From the NCBI RefSeq assembly GCF_006345805.1, contig NC_042997.1, forward strand, positions 98,394,001 to 98,458,000: 64,000 nt of DNA, in the 5' to 3' direction. Source of the stretch: Octopus sinensis (Eukaryota). The position numbers and the translations under genes were made by a program. Shown here in pieces: positions 28,223 to 41,599 of this stretch. The notes under the pieces are model-generated. The model searched no databases and was not told where the DNA came from. It saw only the letters and a list, made by a program, of their open reading frames with translations. How positions within the stretch are numbered: the stretch's first letter is position 1; every line of letters starts with the position of its first letter.

Positions 28223-28574
28223 GTAGAGAGAGGGAGAGAGAGAAGGGGATCCCCCTTCCTATTCACCATACATTTATTTATTTAGTTATTTACCATTGCA
28301 TTGGTATGGGTTCAAAAACAAAAAAAACAAGGTGCGGTGTGATCATCACTGAAAGACTTTTTGCTTCATCTTTCCTTATTTTTTCCTCTTTCTTTCTTTT
28401 TTTCCTGTTTAGAATACAAAATATACTGTCTCCTCTTATCTTTCAAACATTCAATTTTGGAGAGAATTTTTTGATGAAATGCAGTTCTGCATGAAAAAAC
28501 TTTAGTTGCAAATAAAAAATATAAATTAAAAAATAAATGAATAGTTAAAATTATATATATATATATATATATAT

Positions 28575-28914
28575 AAGGGTAAAGACCCCCTTCGGTCATG
28601 AGTGACCATGGGTTTGCACCTATAGAGTTACCCTCTGAGGCACAAGTCTGGGCAAGGTTGTTTTATGGAAGACCAGTAGTCGCCCATGCATACCGGCCTC
28701 CCCTCTCCACGCCACCAGTGTTATCCAAGGGAAAGACAAAGGTCGATACAGCTTGGCACCTGTGACGTCGCAACTCATTTCTACAGCTGAGTGAACTGGA
28801 GCAACGTGAAATAAAGTGTCTTGCTCAAGAACACAACACGCAGCCCGGTCCGGGATTCGAGCTCACAACCTCACGATCGTAAGCTCGACGCTCTAACCAC
28901 TGAGCCATGCGCCT

Positions 28915-28918
<4 letters not shown>
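28575..28918 (-). mobile_element. tRNA-derived SINE (second family)
   Basis: Minus-strand A box tggctcagtgg and B-box-like ctcgaatcc; diverged + strand copy at 40282-40607. Confidence 0.85.
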
Positions 28919-29149
<231 letters not shown>

Positions 29150-29176
29150 ATAAGCAACAAGGATACCCAAAGGTAG

Positions 29177-29261
29177 TGTAGTACAATCGTTTCATGCTTC
29201 ATTTAATGAAACAAGGTAAGTATTACATCAGTTTTTAAATATAGATAACTCTTCAGCCACA
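29177..29261 (-). ncRNA. Hammerhead motif with eroded stem II
   Basis: tgtgg-CTGAAGA-...-GAAAC-gatt-GTA-ctaca; stem I and core intact, stem II weak. Confidence 0.6.
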
Positions 29262-30291
29262 TATGGAATTTTAAAAATTAAATTGACAATGTCCATTATT
29301 ATACTTATTCCATTTGCCAACATTACAAAGAGGGTAGGTATAAAGACAGAGAGGTGAATTTCATCAATAAAAACATGGTAGTAAAAGACCTTAGCTCATG
29401 GGCAGACTTTTTATCGCTGTGTTCACTTTGTTATTTTGATTTATCAATGGTGAGCGGGTTTTCTATTAAGTTCAGTGGAGACAATCAAGAATTTTTTCTA
29501 TTTATAGATAGAGGAAGGGGCAGTTTAAATGGTAGAGCTATAAATCCAACCCATTTATGATGAATCAACTTTGGTACATTTGACTGTATTCTAGCTAAAG
29601 TTAGTAGGCTGAATGAAGCTAGTGGGGTAGGGAGAATAGTTTATCTTCGTCGCCACTATTATAAAGTTTCTTTTGTCACTAGTCTTTTGTACGAAAGTCG
29701 TTGCTCTGACAGATATTGTTATATTCCGAAGTCGTCAATGGAATGCTTCTATCTGACATCGTACGAATACCAGTCATACAGTGTAATTATTCGCAAAAGG
29801 TTGGATTGTTATAACAGGCTATCAACACAAGTCTACTCGTACTCTACGTACAATCATGATACTGGCCGACGTCACCTTGCTTATAATAAGTGGTTCATTT
29901 CACTCGTCACTAATTCCCTATAACAGTTTTAGAGAAATATTGTTTATTTAAATACATTAATTTGTAGACATTCTCTTTTTGCTGGTCTTTTAAAAGTAAT
30001 ATATCAATATAAATATCTTTAGTTTCATAGGCAGAGAGAGAGTGAGAGGGAGAAAGAGAAAGTGAAAGAGAGAGAGAGAGAGAGAGCTGTTCCGAGACGG
30101 AGACTCGTTAGAATGTTCTTCTTCTAAGAGGGATACAATATTATAAATTACTTCTTTTATCGTATCTGTGGATTTTTTTAGTATTTGCCTTTCATTTGTG
30201 AAGCTTTGGTATGCGTGTTTATTCTTGCTCTAACTCACTCATGGCTAATATTTCACACATTTTAAAAATTAATATAAATAATTCACATGAG

Positions 30292-30498
30292 TACTCTTTT
30301 TTACTATTTTACTCTTTTACTTGTTTCAGTCATTTGACTGCGGCCATGCTGGAGCACCGCCTTTAGTCGAGCAAATCGACCCCGGGACTTATTCTTTGTA
30401 AGCCCAGTACTTATTCTATCGGTCTCTTTTGCCGAACCGCTAAGTGACGGGGACGTAAACACACCAGCATCGGTTGTCAAGCAATGCTAGGGGGACAA

Positions 30499-30529
<31 letters not shown>

Positions 30530-30700
30530 CATATATACGACAGGCTTCTTTCAGTTTCCGTCTACCAAATCCACTCACAAGGCATTGGTCGGCCCGGGGC
30601 TATAGCAGAAGACACTTGCCCAAGGTGCCACGCAGTGGGACTGAACCCGGAACCATGTGGTTGGTTAGTAAGCTACTTATCACACAGCCACTCCTGCGCC
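30292..30700 (-). mobile_element. Full-length SINE (family of 17937-18345)
   Basis: Reverse-complement match over the full length. Confidence 0.9.
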
Positions 30701-30781
30701 TAGATTATTTTCTAACATTCACTCCTGAGTCTAGATTATTTTCTAACAGCCACTCCTGAGTCTAGATTATTTTCTAACATT
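30689..30781. repeat. Three ~30-bp tandem repeats spanning the SINE 5' junction
   Basis: cactcctg(a/c)g(t/c)ctagattattttctaaca x3. Confidence 0.85.
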
Positions 30782-30883
30782 CTTTTGTGCTTCCATTTAT
30801 TGTGCTAAATTTTGTGAAAATATAACTTTTCACCAAACCTGTTTCACATGTAAATTATACTAGAGTTAACAGTTTTATTTTCA

Positions 30884-30922
<39 letters not shown>

Positions 30923-33900
30923 TTATCTGTCCGTCTATCTGTCTGTCTATGTATGCATTTGTATGTATCTGTCGGTCTGTCTTTCTATATATCTGTCTAG
31001 CTATTTGTCTGTTACCCGTCTGTCTATATATCAGTCTGTCTGTCTATTTATCTATGTAGAAGATGGCACTTTCTTACATCAACACTTTAAACATTCTTTT
31101 TAACTTCAAAATAAAATCATAAAATCTCTTGATTCATAGTAAATCAAACACATTTCAGAATAAAGAAATATATTATCAGCATTCGAGGTGTTGCTCCAGC
31201 ATGACCATACTCCAATGACTGAAATTAGTAAAAGGATAAAAGGAATAAATAAAATATGTCCATTTATGTTTCAAAGTTGTTTTCTAAGTGGGTCTCTAGT
31301 ATCATCCTTTTATGAGTTTTGAAAGCTCACATGTACTAAATGTCAAAATAGTATTTTGGAAGACTAGGTGTTTAAAAAATCACGATTTCTTTTAAAAATA
31401 AAATATCTGAAGCAAATACATGGCTTATGTTCCAAGGCAACCCCCCCCCCATTTCTCAGGATCAAAATATGAACACGATATTGAATATGAGTGAGCAGAA
31501 ATATAACCGATAATGCACCAGATCCAATATAACTCTTCTCTATATGTCTTCACTTTCTTTTGTAATTTCAATAAAAAAAATTGACATACACAATAAATTC
31601 TAAAAGAGAAGTACATACTATATGACTCACTATAAGTTGATATGCAAAATAAGTTATGGCGTAAAAAAACTGCTTGATTTAAAAAAAAAGTTATTTGCAA
31701 ACCAACATTTCTTTAAAAGAGACGCTGAACTATAAAAGTTTGGGAATCACTGTTGTAACCACTAGTCATAGTGTGTGAAAGAATGTCACTCGGCTGACAG
31801 TGACTTTGGCTAAAATTATACCGATGAAGTGTGTGTAACAGTGAAGAGTGTAGTACTTATAATGCTTACCTTTTTCAGTTGTATTAGCATCAAAATCAAA
31901 GCCTGATATTCAAAGTAAATCACTGATATAATTTAAATGTTTCATATTTGACTATGCAACACGTTAAGCTGTTTCAGGTATTTTATATCTTTGCTAAAGA
32001 TTTTGTCTATGTTCAATGTTAATGCCCTATCGATAACTACTGTTTAAACCTTCAATTTAGTTAATTCCATACAGTTATCGTGGAACACGCATGATTAGTT
32101 TCTATAGAACGAAAAATTTATCATTACAGATCAATGTGGAAAACAAATACACGTAACTGTAAAATAAAAACCTTGCAGGAGAACGTCATACAACAAAGAA
32201 ACTATCGACCCATTGAACGGTGACCTTGATAATAGCAGAAGAAAATTAATCTGAGTTTCTAATACTGAATAAAAGTCAAAGGAATTAACGTTTATTTTTT
32301 TATTAAACTTGTCTTTGCGAGTAGCATTTCCCTTCTTTCCACGTAAAGTTAACGCGAGAAAAACAGGTACGAGTTTAGCCATAGATAGAATGGATTCATG
32401 ATCAATGGTATTTCAAATGTGGCCGACCCTAGCTTTTAGTATATCTAAGAGTACATTATTTAATGTAGCCATTTCATTTTTGAAGACCATAAAGAGTGAT
32501 GGAATTTGGGTGATATTTCTAGCCATCCATTTATCAAGAAAAACGTTCGGTCATGGCTAAAAAAATATAATAATTTGTTTTTGTACCCTAATATTTTGAA
32601 TTCTATTCTGCATTTCATTTCTTGTCATAGACATCATTGATAACAACATATATATGAGGGTATATTCGGTCACCAATGTTTCATCCATACAAAAACAGAT
32701 TTGGTGCCTAAGCAAGCTACCCTTATTATCATGAATACAACCAAGGCAAGTTAAACTGCCAGATGAGAAATTTCTTAAAGGAATGGATGCATGGCCAGAT
32801 TTATATACATTAACTTTATAGCGGTGGAATTTGAACTTATTGACATGGGATCCATTCAAAACAATGATATCCTTACATGATGTCAATAACCTACTAGATT
32901 ATAAGCTCCTTCCGTTACATCAACTATGAAACTAGTGGAAGTGGATAGAATTGGCTGTCTGAGAGTGTCACAGGCATAGCAGAAACCTAAGAACGGGAAT
33001 CAATTAGAATAATATAGAAATTCAGTCTGTTGATTCATTATACTCAGCTTTAGTGAAGTTTGTTTTAGATTATAAATGGTACCACTAAGATAAGTGATGC
33101 TATAAATCTAAATTCCTGCAAATAATTATCAAACTATGGGAATATTGAAACGTAGTAAAGAAGTAAGGAAATAGAGGCATAAGATGTAAAGTAATAAACA
33201 TCCGAAGATTAAACTTAGATAACGATGTATAGTATAGCTAAGAGTAAGAGTAAATGGGTAATGTGATTGTGCGACGATGCAATTGTTTTAATTCCAATAC
33301 AATCTCAGGTCAGACGATTTAACAAACAAGTACATCAAAGGTATTTGGAATACTTATTTATTTTGTAATCGGAAGCAAAAGCTAAAATCAATATCTACAA
33401 ACCGAAGTTAATCCCAAGAGACCTACACTTGCTTAAAAATATAGTCTAAAACTTCATGTATATCATAGCAACATTGTTGTGTATAAGAAATAAGAATCTT
33501 CCTCTTATCATAGAAATATTTTGTATTTACCTTTTTATTTCAAAACTGGAAATTTTCGACATATTAGGTAAATTACTTTCTGATTAAATAAATAAAAAAA
33601 CGAAATCCTATGCCATTCGATTGAATTGTAGGCATCTAGTATATTTACATAAGAATATTACTTCGTTTACCTTCACATGGAACCAATGTGTAGAGAAAAA
33701 ATTCTTTGCAAAATTCTTTGCATTCAATTTCATGTTTATTCAAATAATTTCCGAATAAAAATGAGTTTTGAAGTATAAAATCGATTTATATATTTTACGT
33801 CACTTTTTATGTAGTAACATCTGATGTTAATTTTCAAATCATTGCAGGGATAATGATAAATACGACGACGGATATTCTATTCAACTGAAATTATTTTTAC

Positions 33901-34829
33901 ACGGTTCGCACATATTCCAAATCAATTCCATTATTTGCGATTCTGACAGCGCCTGTATCATTAAGTCTATTGTTGATATCTCTAGTAGTATTATCTGTAA
34001 TCAGCTTTGAACAGCTAGTATAATTCAACAAAATGTCATGCTATGAACACCGATCAATAATCCATACGGTGAAATGCTATTCTTGAAAAACTTTACATTT
34101 TCTTGTAAGATTCTATTAGTATTTCTCTGTATAGTTACTTTCATCTATATTCTGTTTCTTTAAACACTGAAAAATATCAAATGTATGTATATATCATGAA
34201 CGATTTTGTGTCAGAAGGTTTGAGAAAAGTCAATGAAGGGAAATGATGCAATAGGAGGCGTCTCAATATATGTGTATAGATACAATCATAAGACTGTAAA
34301 TTACATTATTTAGATAGAATGCACTTAGTTTAGAGTAAAGAATATCCCACAAGTATAGATACTACTTTATCTTCCAGAGGTAAAAATAATTAAGTGGAAC
34401 CAAATAACTATACCAATATGCTGAAAATAGGTCTTTCTGAGGAAAAGAAATATATAATGCAATTAGAATTGAATAATGTTTTAAAGTGTTATATTTTGTG
34501 CTAAAAGTAAATAGCTATCTAGAATACATGTCATAAAGATATAAAGTTATTTGGCTGCTTAATTTGAAAACATAATGGCTTAAATACTCTTTAACACGAG
34601 CATTTCTTACTTATTGTTGAATGTTAAACGTTGTTGGATTTGTATATAACCTTTGTTTTTTATTAGTGTTCCTTTACAAAAATAATTTCTGGAAGATATT
34701 TCTTTATATCTTAATTTCCTTTTAAAAATATTCACCATGAAAAGCTAAACTACTTTATTCACATTTCGTTGATGTATTAGCGAATGTAACATATTCTAGT
34801 TTGTACATGCAGCTATCATTGCGTGGGTG

Positions 34830-35100
34830 TGTTTTATATCTGTTCAAGTGGGTATAGAGAGCGACTAGGTTCTCCTGCTTGTGTGGCATGGTGCAGAGTC
34901 CTGTTGCCAGACATAGGGTCTTCCAGCAGCCACTCTCTTGACCCAGGGCAGCACTACCTCCTCCAGTTACTTGATGTACACCTCCGTGTTAAGTCTGTGG
35001 CCGCGTGAGAAGAAGAATGGAGGCATAACGTCACCATCATTGGTGATCACCCCAAACACCATCAAATTGACTGGATGTTTGGTCTTTATCACTCTCGGTA
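34830..35100 (-). mobile_element. Tc1/mariner transposase fragment
   Basis: Minus strand reads ..VFGVITNDGDVMPP.. and RPYVWQQDSAPCHTSR. Confidence 0.75.
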
Positions 35101-35686
35101 CATGTCCTCAAATTGCACTGTCGTCAGATTGACGCTCAAAAACTCTGCAATATTTGTATTGGAACATCCGGCATGAATGCCAAGCAGTACAGCATGTCTT
35201 TTCCAAATTTTGGGCAGAGTGGTTAAATTCTAAGAAGTTCTACCACTATATAATTAGAATATGGTACTTTCCTTAGAATTTAACCAAATGCTTTGAAATT
35301 CTAATAATCTAGGTGATAGGACTGAAACATACACGTAGGTTCTTTTATTTTATTTTACTTTTTAAGCTTTACAACTTGTAATCAATTTATTTGGACAGTT
35401 ATATTTTTAAAGACACCTTCACCTTTTTATAACATACAACTAAATTATTCATACATTCATAAATTTCTCCGTTTTCTCCCCCCCCCACCAATATTGATAA
35501 TTTCAATAATCCGTAACATATACCAATGACTTTTGCCCTTTTTGACTGTGAATAAACCAGTGGAATATCTTGGATTATATAATGAGGATATAACTTCCTT
35601 CAATTAACTTTATACAAACACACACATACACACATATATAGTTGAAAAAATATTGGATATCTATATAAATCAAAATTTTTATATAT

Positions 35687-36076
35687 AAAAATGATGGAGG
35701 TGAAAATTGCACAGAAGTAAGTCTAAGACATTTCAATTTAAGAGGGAATTTAATAAAAGATTATATAAATAAGAATATTACAGGTTTCGATGTATTATAT
35801 CATATCAAATATCAGTAAAAATTTACGAAAATTTGAATAATTTCAAGTAAACAGTGTTTATCTTCTGTCTGGTTCTGACACGTTCTTGATCACCGGACAG
35901 AAGATAAACTGTTTTTATATGGAATTTTTCAAATTCTCATAAAGTTTTACTGATATTTGATAAGATGAGATACATCGAAAACGGTAATATTTTTATTTAT
36001 GTAATCTTTTATTAAATTCCCTCTTAAGCTGAAATGTCTTAGACTTACTGGTGTGCTATTTCTACCTCCATCTTTT
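35687..36076. repeat. ~390-bp imperfect palindrome
   Basis: ~185-bp arms (gatggagg..aagtctaagacatttc..tcttctgtc / gacagaaga..gaaatgtcttagactt..cctccatc) around a ~20-bp loop. Confidence 0.9.
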
Positions 36077-36376
36077 AAACGTGTGTGTGTGTGTGTGTGT
36101 ATGTATTTATGTATACATATACACACACATACACACACACACACACACAAACACACACACGCACACATATATATACAGATACATGCATGCATACATACAT
36201 GTAAGTTTACATATATATTGCGTTGCTTCTCACAATTGCTATGACAATTAAAATACGATATAAGGGATGGAGTAGGTGTTGTGGGTCATTGTAATAAACC
36301 ATACAGTAAAAATGGTAGTGCTCCGGCATACTCATAATTTAACGAGTGAAGCCAGGAAAACAATAAAAGACAGATT

Positions 36377-36413
<37 letters not shown>

Positions 36414-36779
36414 ACACACACACGCACACACACTCGGACGCACACATACATACACACATTTATATTTGGTGGTGGACGTGCAGTGTTAGGCCGATGTTTG
36501 TTGGTGTCTTTTATACATATACATATATATATACATAATCAATAATAATAACGGGTAAAATTAATTCATTAACTAGTAATTAATAATTCCACCAAGTAGT
36601 ATTCGGCATGTTAAAAGGACCATTTACGGTAAACTTAAACAATATTTTATAATTCTGAGTATAATTATAATTAGGGTTCAGCAAGAATTTGCTTCACCAA
36701 ACATATCTTCCTCTTCAGCTGTCTGACAGTTACCGACGAGATTTCCCTAATACACCAGTGTGAACCTGGAACAACCGCT

Positions 36780-37514
36780 TAGGTTCATTTAGATCGTGTA
36801 TAGATAGGATTTTCACGAGCGAAATACAGAGTAATAATGTAGGATGTCCACTATTTAAAACAGTTGCCTATTCAGACCATAAGTTTGTAATCTGTACGGT
36901 TGACCTAGATAAGACGCGTAGGTAGGACCCGGATACTGGAAGCTAAACATGGCGTTTCTGGCACAAGGGGAATACAGAGACCGAGTCAACAAATTAGTTA
37001 TGCAGAAGTTGACAGGGGAGGGGGTCGTCAACAACAGGCGGTCGGCGGCTCTCGGTTAGAGTAATATCGATAGGATTTCGCCAAGAAATAGTGTTAGAAA
37101 AAAATACGAAGTATGGTTAGTAGCTGAACTAGACGAGGCTATTTGTAGTCACACTGCAACCACCGTGCTAGCAGCGGGAACAGTATCAGACCAGTTCTTC
37201 AATGCGAAACATGTAGGTTACATTGTCGGAGCTAAGGTGCGTGCTCTAAGAAACAAACAGATCAAAGCTGTTCGATATGCCAGCGTGGCAGTGGCGCAGC
37301 GTGGTAACAAAACCACAATTCGGTCATTGATGGACGGAGACGGACACGAGCTAAGCGATTCCAGATAGATCTATAAGGCCTTTCGCCTGCACTTTGCTCG
37401 ATTGTTCGGAGATGGTGGCGGTACGGAGATGGTGGAGGACTTCATTCCGTAGCTCGACGGCTTGCCGCATCTCTTGACGGCCGACGCTGATCGCTGTGAA
37501 AGGCAGATAACTCT
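36780..37514 (+). mobile_element. Decayed Tx1 ORF2 fragment
   Basis: SDHKFVICTVDLDK..GPGYWKLN and AKVRALRN..AQRGNKTTIRSL, homologous to the 20409-23252 ORF. Confidence 0.85.
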
Positions 37515-37958
37515 GCCTGTGGGAAATTATGGAGTAAATCTTAGGGTTTATAAATCTAACATTTTCCTATTTTTCCTTAATATCGGTTCCCATATGCTAC
37601 TCATATCTGCATTCGCTCTGCAGGTATGTAGGTTATACAAAGGCGAAACATGCCGTCCCTCAAAATAAGGGTAGACGAACATCGTAAAGCTGTGACACGA
37701 GGAGATATTGATAAATCGGGTATAGCTGATCATGTATGGAAAAATGGGGATCACTTCCCCTTGTGGGATGACGTTAAAATAATAGATAGAGAACACCACC
37801 GGAAAATACGAAAACTAAAAGCAGCACATATGTTAGGACAAAAACAACCTCCTAAGCAGACCGAGTGCAGATATGAGTAGCATATGGGAACCGGTATTCA
37901 GGAAGGATAGAAAAATATTAGATTGATAAGCCCAAAAATTCACTCTATAATTTCCCAC

Positions 37959-38030
37959 GAGCATATGGCGTAGTGGTTAAGAGCACGGGCTACTAATCCC
38001 AAGAGTCCGAGTTCGATTCCAGGCAGTGAC
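37959..38030 (+). promoter_or_regulatory. tRNA-derived Pol III internal promoter
   Basis: A box tggcgtagtgg (37966-37976) and B box gttcgattcc (38011-38020); no acceptor stem. Confidence 0.7.
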
Positions 38031-38117
38031 CTGAATAATAATAATAATCATAATAACAATAGTAATAACATCGAAAAATACCTCAGGAATGAAAAGCCAA
38101 GTTTGAAATTTCACCAA

Positions 38118-38163
38118 GACACCTGATGAAGGCTGGAGGGTATATCAGCCGAAACATTGTGTT
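38118..38163 (+). ncRNA. Minimal hammerhead ribozyme (one stem III mismatch)
   Basis: gacac-CTGATGA-aggctg...cagcc-GAAAC-ATT-gtgtt; aacatt is one change from the palindrome aacgtt. Confidence 0.75.
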
Positions 38164-38542
38164 AACAACAAACAAGATGAGGACAAATATCCGTCAAATG
38201 TAAATAACAACTTTTTTATCTGTTTAAATTAGTTGGTATAAAAAGATTATTCTCTTTTACTCTTTTACTCTTTTACTTGTTTCAGTCATTTGACTGCGGC
38301 CGTGCTGGAGCACCGCCTTTATTGTTTAAATTAACTAATAAAAATCTTCTATATTTATTATTTTCTTGGTTTTGTTATCTCATTACGAAAAAAAAATTTA
38401 TATACACACGCCGACATATGACCAACGTTGAACTCCTTATTCGCATAATCACCGTACCTGGAACTTAACTATGGTCTATCTATAACACTTATTCAGCATT
38501 ACCTGACACCTTTGGGTCTCAATGACACCATTACCTGTTATA

Positions 38543-38633
<91 letters not shown>

Positions 38634-39151
38634 CATATATAAATAAGAAAGAGTGAAAAAACTACAGAAGGCTTGTGTCATAGGGTTAAAGAATTTTTTT
38701 AAATCGATATCTTAGAAAAATATTAGAAACTTTCGTGTATAGTAATATAGTTTTTGGAGAAATAATCGGTTTCGTCAATAGAATATCTCTATATTTAATT
38801 TATCTTTATAATTGAATTATACTCCTATTTCTATGGTATCCAACTGACGCACCTGTGAATTGGATGTTTACCACACCCATTTGAAGGATTTTTCCCTCAG
38901 TTTATATATTAAAATTTTTTTATATATCTATATATTTATAAATTCTTTTGAATTTTTACCGTATCTTGTGTATATGAATGCACCTAGATATATTGTGGAG
39001 AATTCTGACAATTTGAAACGGATTAAGTGAATATAAACACTGACCTTTGAAATTTGCTCTCTCTTTCTTAAATTTATAATCCTGAAGCTCTGTTAGAACG
39101 CTAATTAGTTGCGCAGTATAAAATGGATAATTGCACCATTTACTTCTTCAT

Positions 39152-39183
<32 letters not shown>

Positions 39184-39395
39184 AGTGTGTGTGTGTTTGC
39201 GTGTGTGAGTGTGTGTGTATGTGTGTTTGAGTGTGTGTGTATGTGTGTTTGAGTGTGTGTGTGTGTGTATGTGTGTGTGTGAGTGTGTGTGTGTATGTGT
39301 GTGTGAGTGTGTGTGTATGTGTGTGTGAGTGTGTGCGTGTATGTATGTATGTATGTATGTATGTATGTATGTATGTATATATATATATATATAAT

Positions 39396-39476
<81 letters not shown>

Positions 39477-39990
39477 TATATACATATACATATACATATA
39501 TATATATAAATATATATAGAGAGAGAGGGAGAGAGAGAAAGAGAGAGAGAGAGAGAGAAAGAGAGAGTGACTTGCTTAAAGCCTCCTAACTTTAAAGGTG
39601 TCGCGAAGGCCTAGTTGAAGTCCCAACCTTCTGAGTTCTTTTATAGGGCTGAAGGACTGCTGCAATAGGTGTATTAATCCGAGAGAGAGATATGTTAAAT
39701 AAAATCATAATTAGCTGATCCCTTTCACCCAAAGCCACGAATGTTTTCAGCAACTCCTCGTATATCGGAAATTTTGAGGCTAGCCTAGATGATGTAGTCA
39801 CATTCAGAAATTTAATCAATGCTGTTTAACAGAGTGGCTGGATTGAAGTACTAGTTTGTTGCTTTGATATATGTAGCAACTGCGACATAGTGCTGTTGAA
39901 TGACGCTATTTAAAAGATGGTTTTGCTATTTCTGTTTATAAGGGCAGAATAGGTCTACAGTATGTTGTTTATGGTACATATGTATGAAAA

Positions 39991-40222
39991 AGGCGGCGAA
40001 ATCGCAGAAACGTTAACACGCGGACGAAATGCTTAGCGGTATCTCGTCTGCCGTTACGTTGTGAGTTCAAATTCCGCCGAGGTCGACTATGCCTTTCATT
40101 CTTTTCGGGGTCGATAAATTAAGTACCAGTTACGCACTGGGGTCAATGTAATCGACTTAATCCCGTTGTCTGTCCTTGTTTGTCCACTCTGTGTTTAGCC
40201 CCTTGTGGGTAGTAAAGAAATT
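39991..40222 (+). mobile_element. tRNA-derived SINE (third family)
   Basis: B box gagttcaaatt followed by a core gcctttcat..ggggtcgataaattaagtacc recalled from mollusc SINEs. Confidence 0.75.
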
Positions 40223-40281
40223 GGTACATATGCATGATGTTTGTATTCAAAACTATTAAAACTAAACATTTCATACAGTCA

Positions 40282-40607
40282 TGTGAATGCGCATAGCTCA
40301 GTGGCCAGAGTTTTTGGGCTCACAATCATGAGGTAGTGAGTTTGATTCCCGGATCGGGCTGTGTTCTTCAGCAACACACTTTATTTATCTCAGCTGTAGA
40401 AATGAGTTTCGTCGTTTCTGGTGCCAAGATGTATCGACCTTTGCTTCTCTCTTAAATAACATCGGTGGTGTAGAGTAGGAAGGTTGATATACATGGGCGA
40501 CCGCTGGTCTTCCGTAAACAGCCTTGCCCAAACTTGTGCTCCCGGGGTGGGTGGGAGTTTGTAAGTGCAATCCTATGATCATTCATGACCGAAGGGAGTC
40601 TTTACCT
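40282..40607 (+). mobile_element. Diverged SINE (family of 28575-28918)
   Basis: Shared head and 3' end (catgaccgaaggg..tctttacc). Confidence 0.8.
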
Positions 40608-40772
40608 ATATAGTCTTCATACGAATGCTTGAATCACTAGCAAAGTGACAACAAACAGATCCCTAATTTACAGAAAGAAGAATGGGAGACAGAATCAAAT
40701 TAAATTAGATCAAAGTTCTGCGAGTGTGTGTGTGTGTTTCCGCCTGTGCGTGTATGTGTGTGTGTGTGTGTA

Positions 40773-40818
<46 letters not shown>

Positions 40819-41006
40819 AGCTAGCTTATATACTTGCATGTGTTATGTGTACAATTATCACGTTTGTAATTTACGTAGCATTTGCTACTACCAAAAATTG
40901 TTTTAGAGTTACTTCCCTTACTCCTAGTGACGCTAGAACTAAGAACGCAAGATTAAAACTGGCTTTTTATCATATGGCTTTAAGAATGGCTTATTTATCA
41001 TATGCA

Positions 41007-41105
<99 letters not shown>

Positions 41106-41599
41106 AAGACAGACAGACATACAGACAGACAGAGAAGGCGAGAGAGAGAGACACACAGACAGCATTTTATCGCATGAACTACTGATATATCTATTGTTAT
41201 TTTTTCTTTTCTTTTGGATGGTTTATGGAATATATATGGAAATTGTTTAATGACAACGCTGACGTTTTAAAACTACTGAAACCTAAAAATTTTAAGCGGT
41301 GTGTGTTCGTATAGATATACATTTTAACATATTCGGGTTTGATCCCAGTAAATTACTAGGTCACCGAGTGGAGTCACTTTTGATAAAAATACAATAAGTC
41401 TGTAAATTGATTAATTACACACACACTCGAATTTCTATACAATCATATATACATTTTAATACCCATACGCCTATGCATACATCCCAATGTTTACACAACT
41501 ACGTGAAATTTACAGGATACACAACACGCATATGAAAGCACGTGTTACAAAAAATAACAAAATTTGTTTCCGAACTCTAACAGAGACAGATTGAACAAT

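Larger units (their letters stand above)
37517..38207 (+). mobile_element. 5'-truncated Penelope-like element: inverted 5' segment, GIY-YIG, tRNA-like head and HHR
   Basis: YKGET.R.LKIRVDEH..SGIADH..E.HRKIRKLK; 37517-37621 is an inverted copy of 37857-37958. Confidence 0.8.

Noticed and set aside
30689-30781. CRISPR-like ~30-bp repeats
   Set aside because: No unique spacers, no cas genes, eukaryotic context.
31860-31880. Splice donor-like ag|gtaagc on the - strand as a 5' UTR exon end
   Set aside because: Expected by chance; no transcript evidence.
36700-36725. CTGAAGA half-site on the - strand
   Set aside because: No matching GAAAC or stems; at most a deleted HHR.
37959-38030. tRNA gene (also SINE heads at ~28850, ~40290, 56409 and 56808)
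   Set aside because: A/B boxes are present but there is no complete cloverleaf, and each continues into repeat bodies.
38760-38862. Possible hammerhead on the - strand
   Set aside because: GAAAC is present but the CUGANGA core and cleavage triplet are too degenerate.
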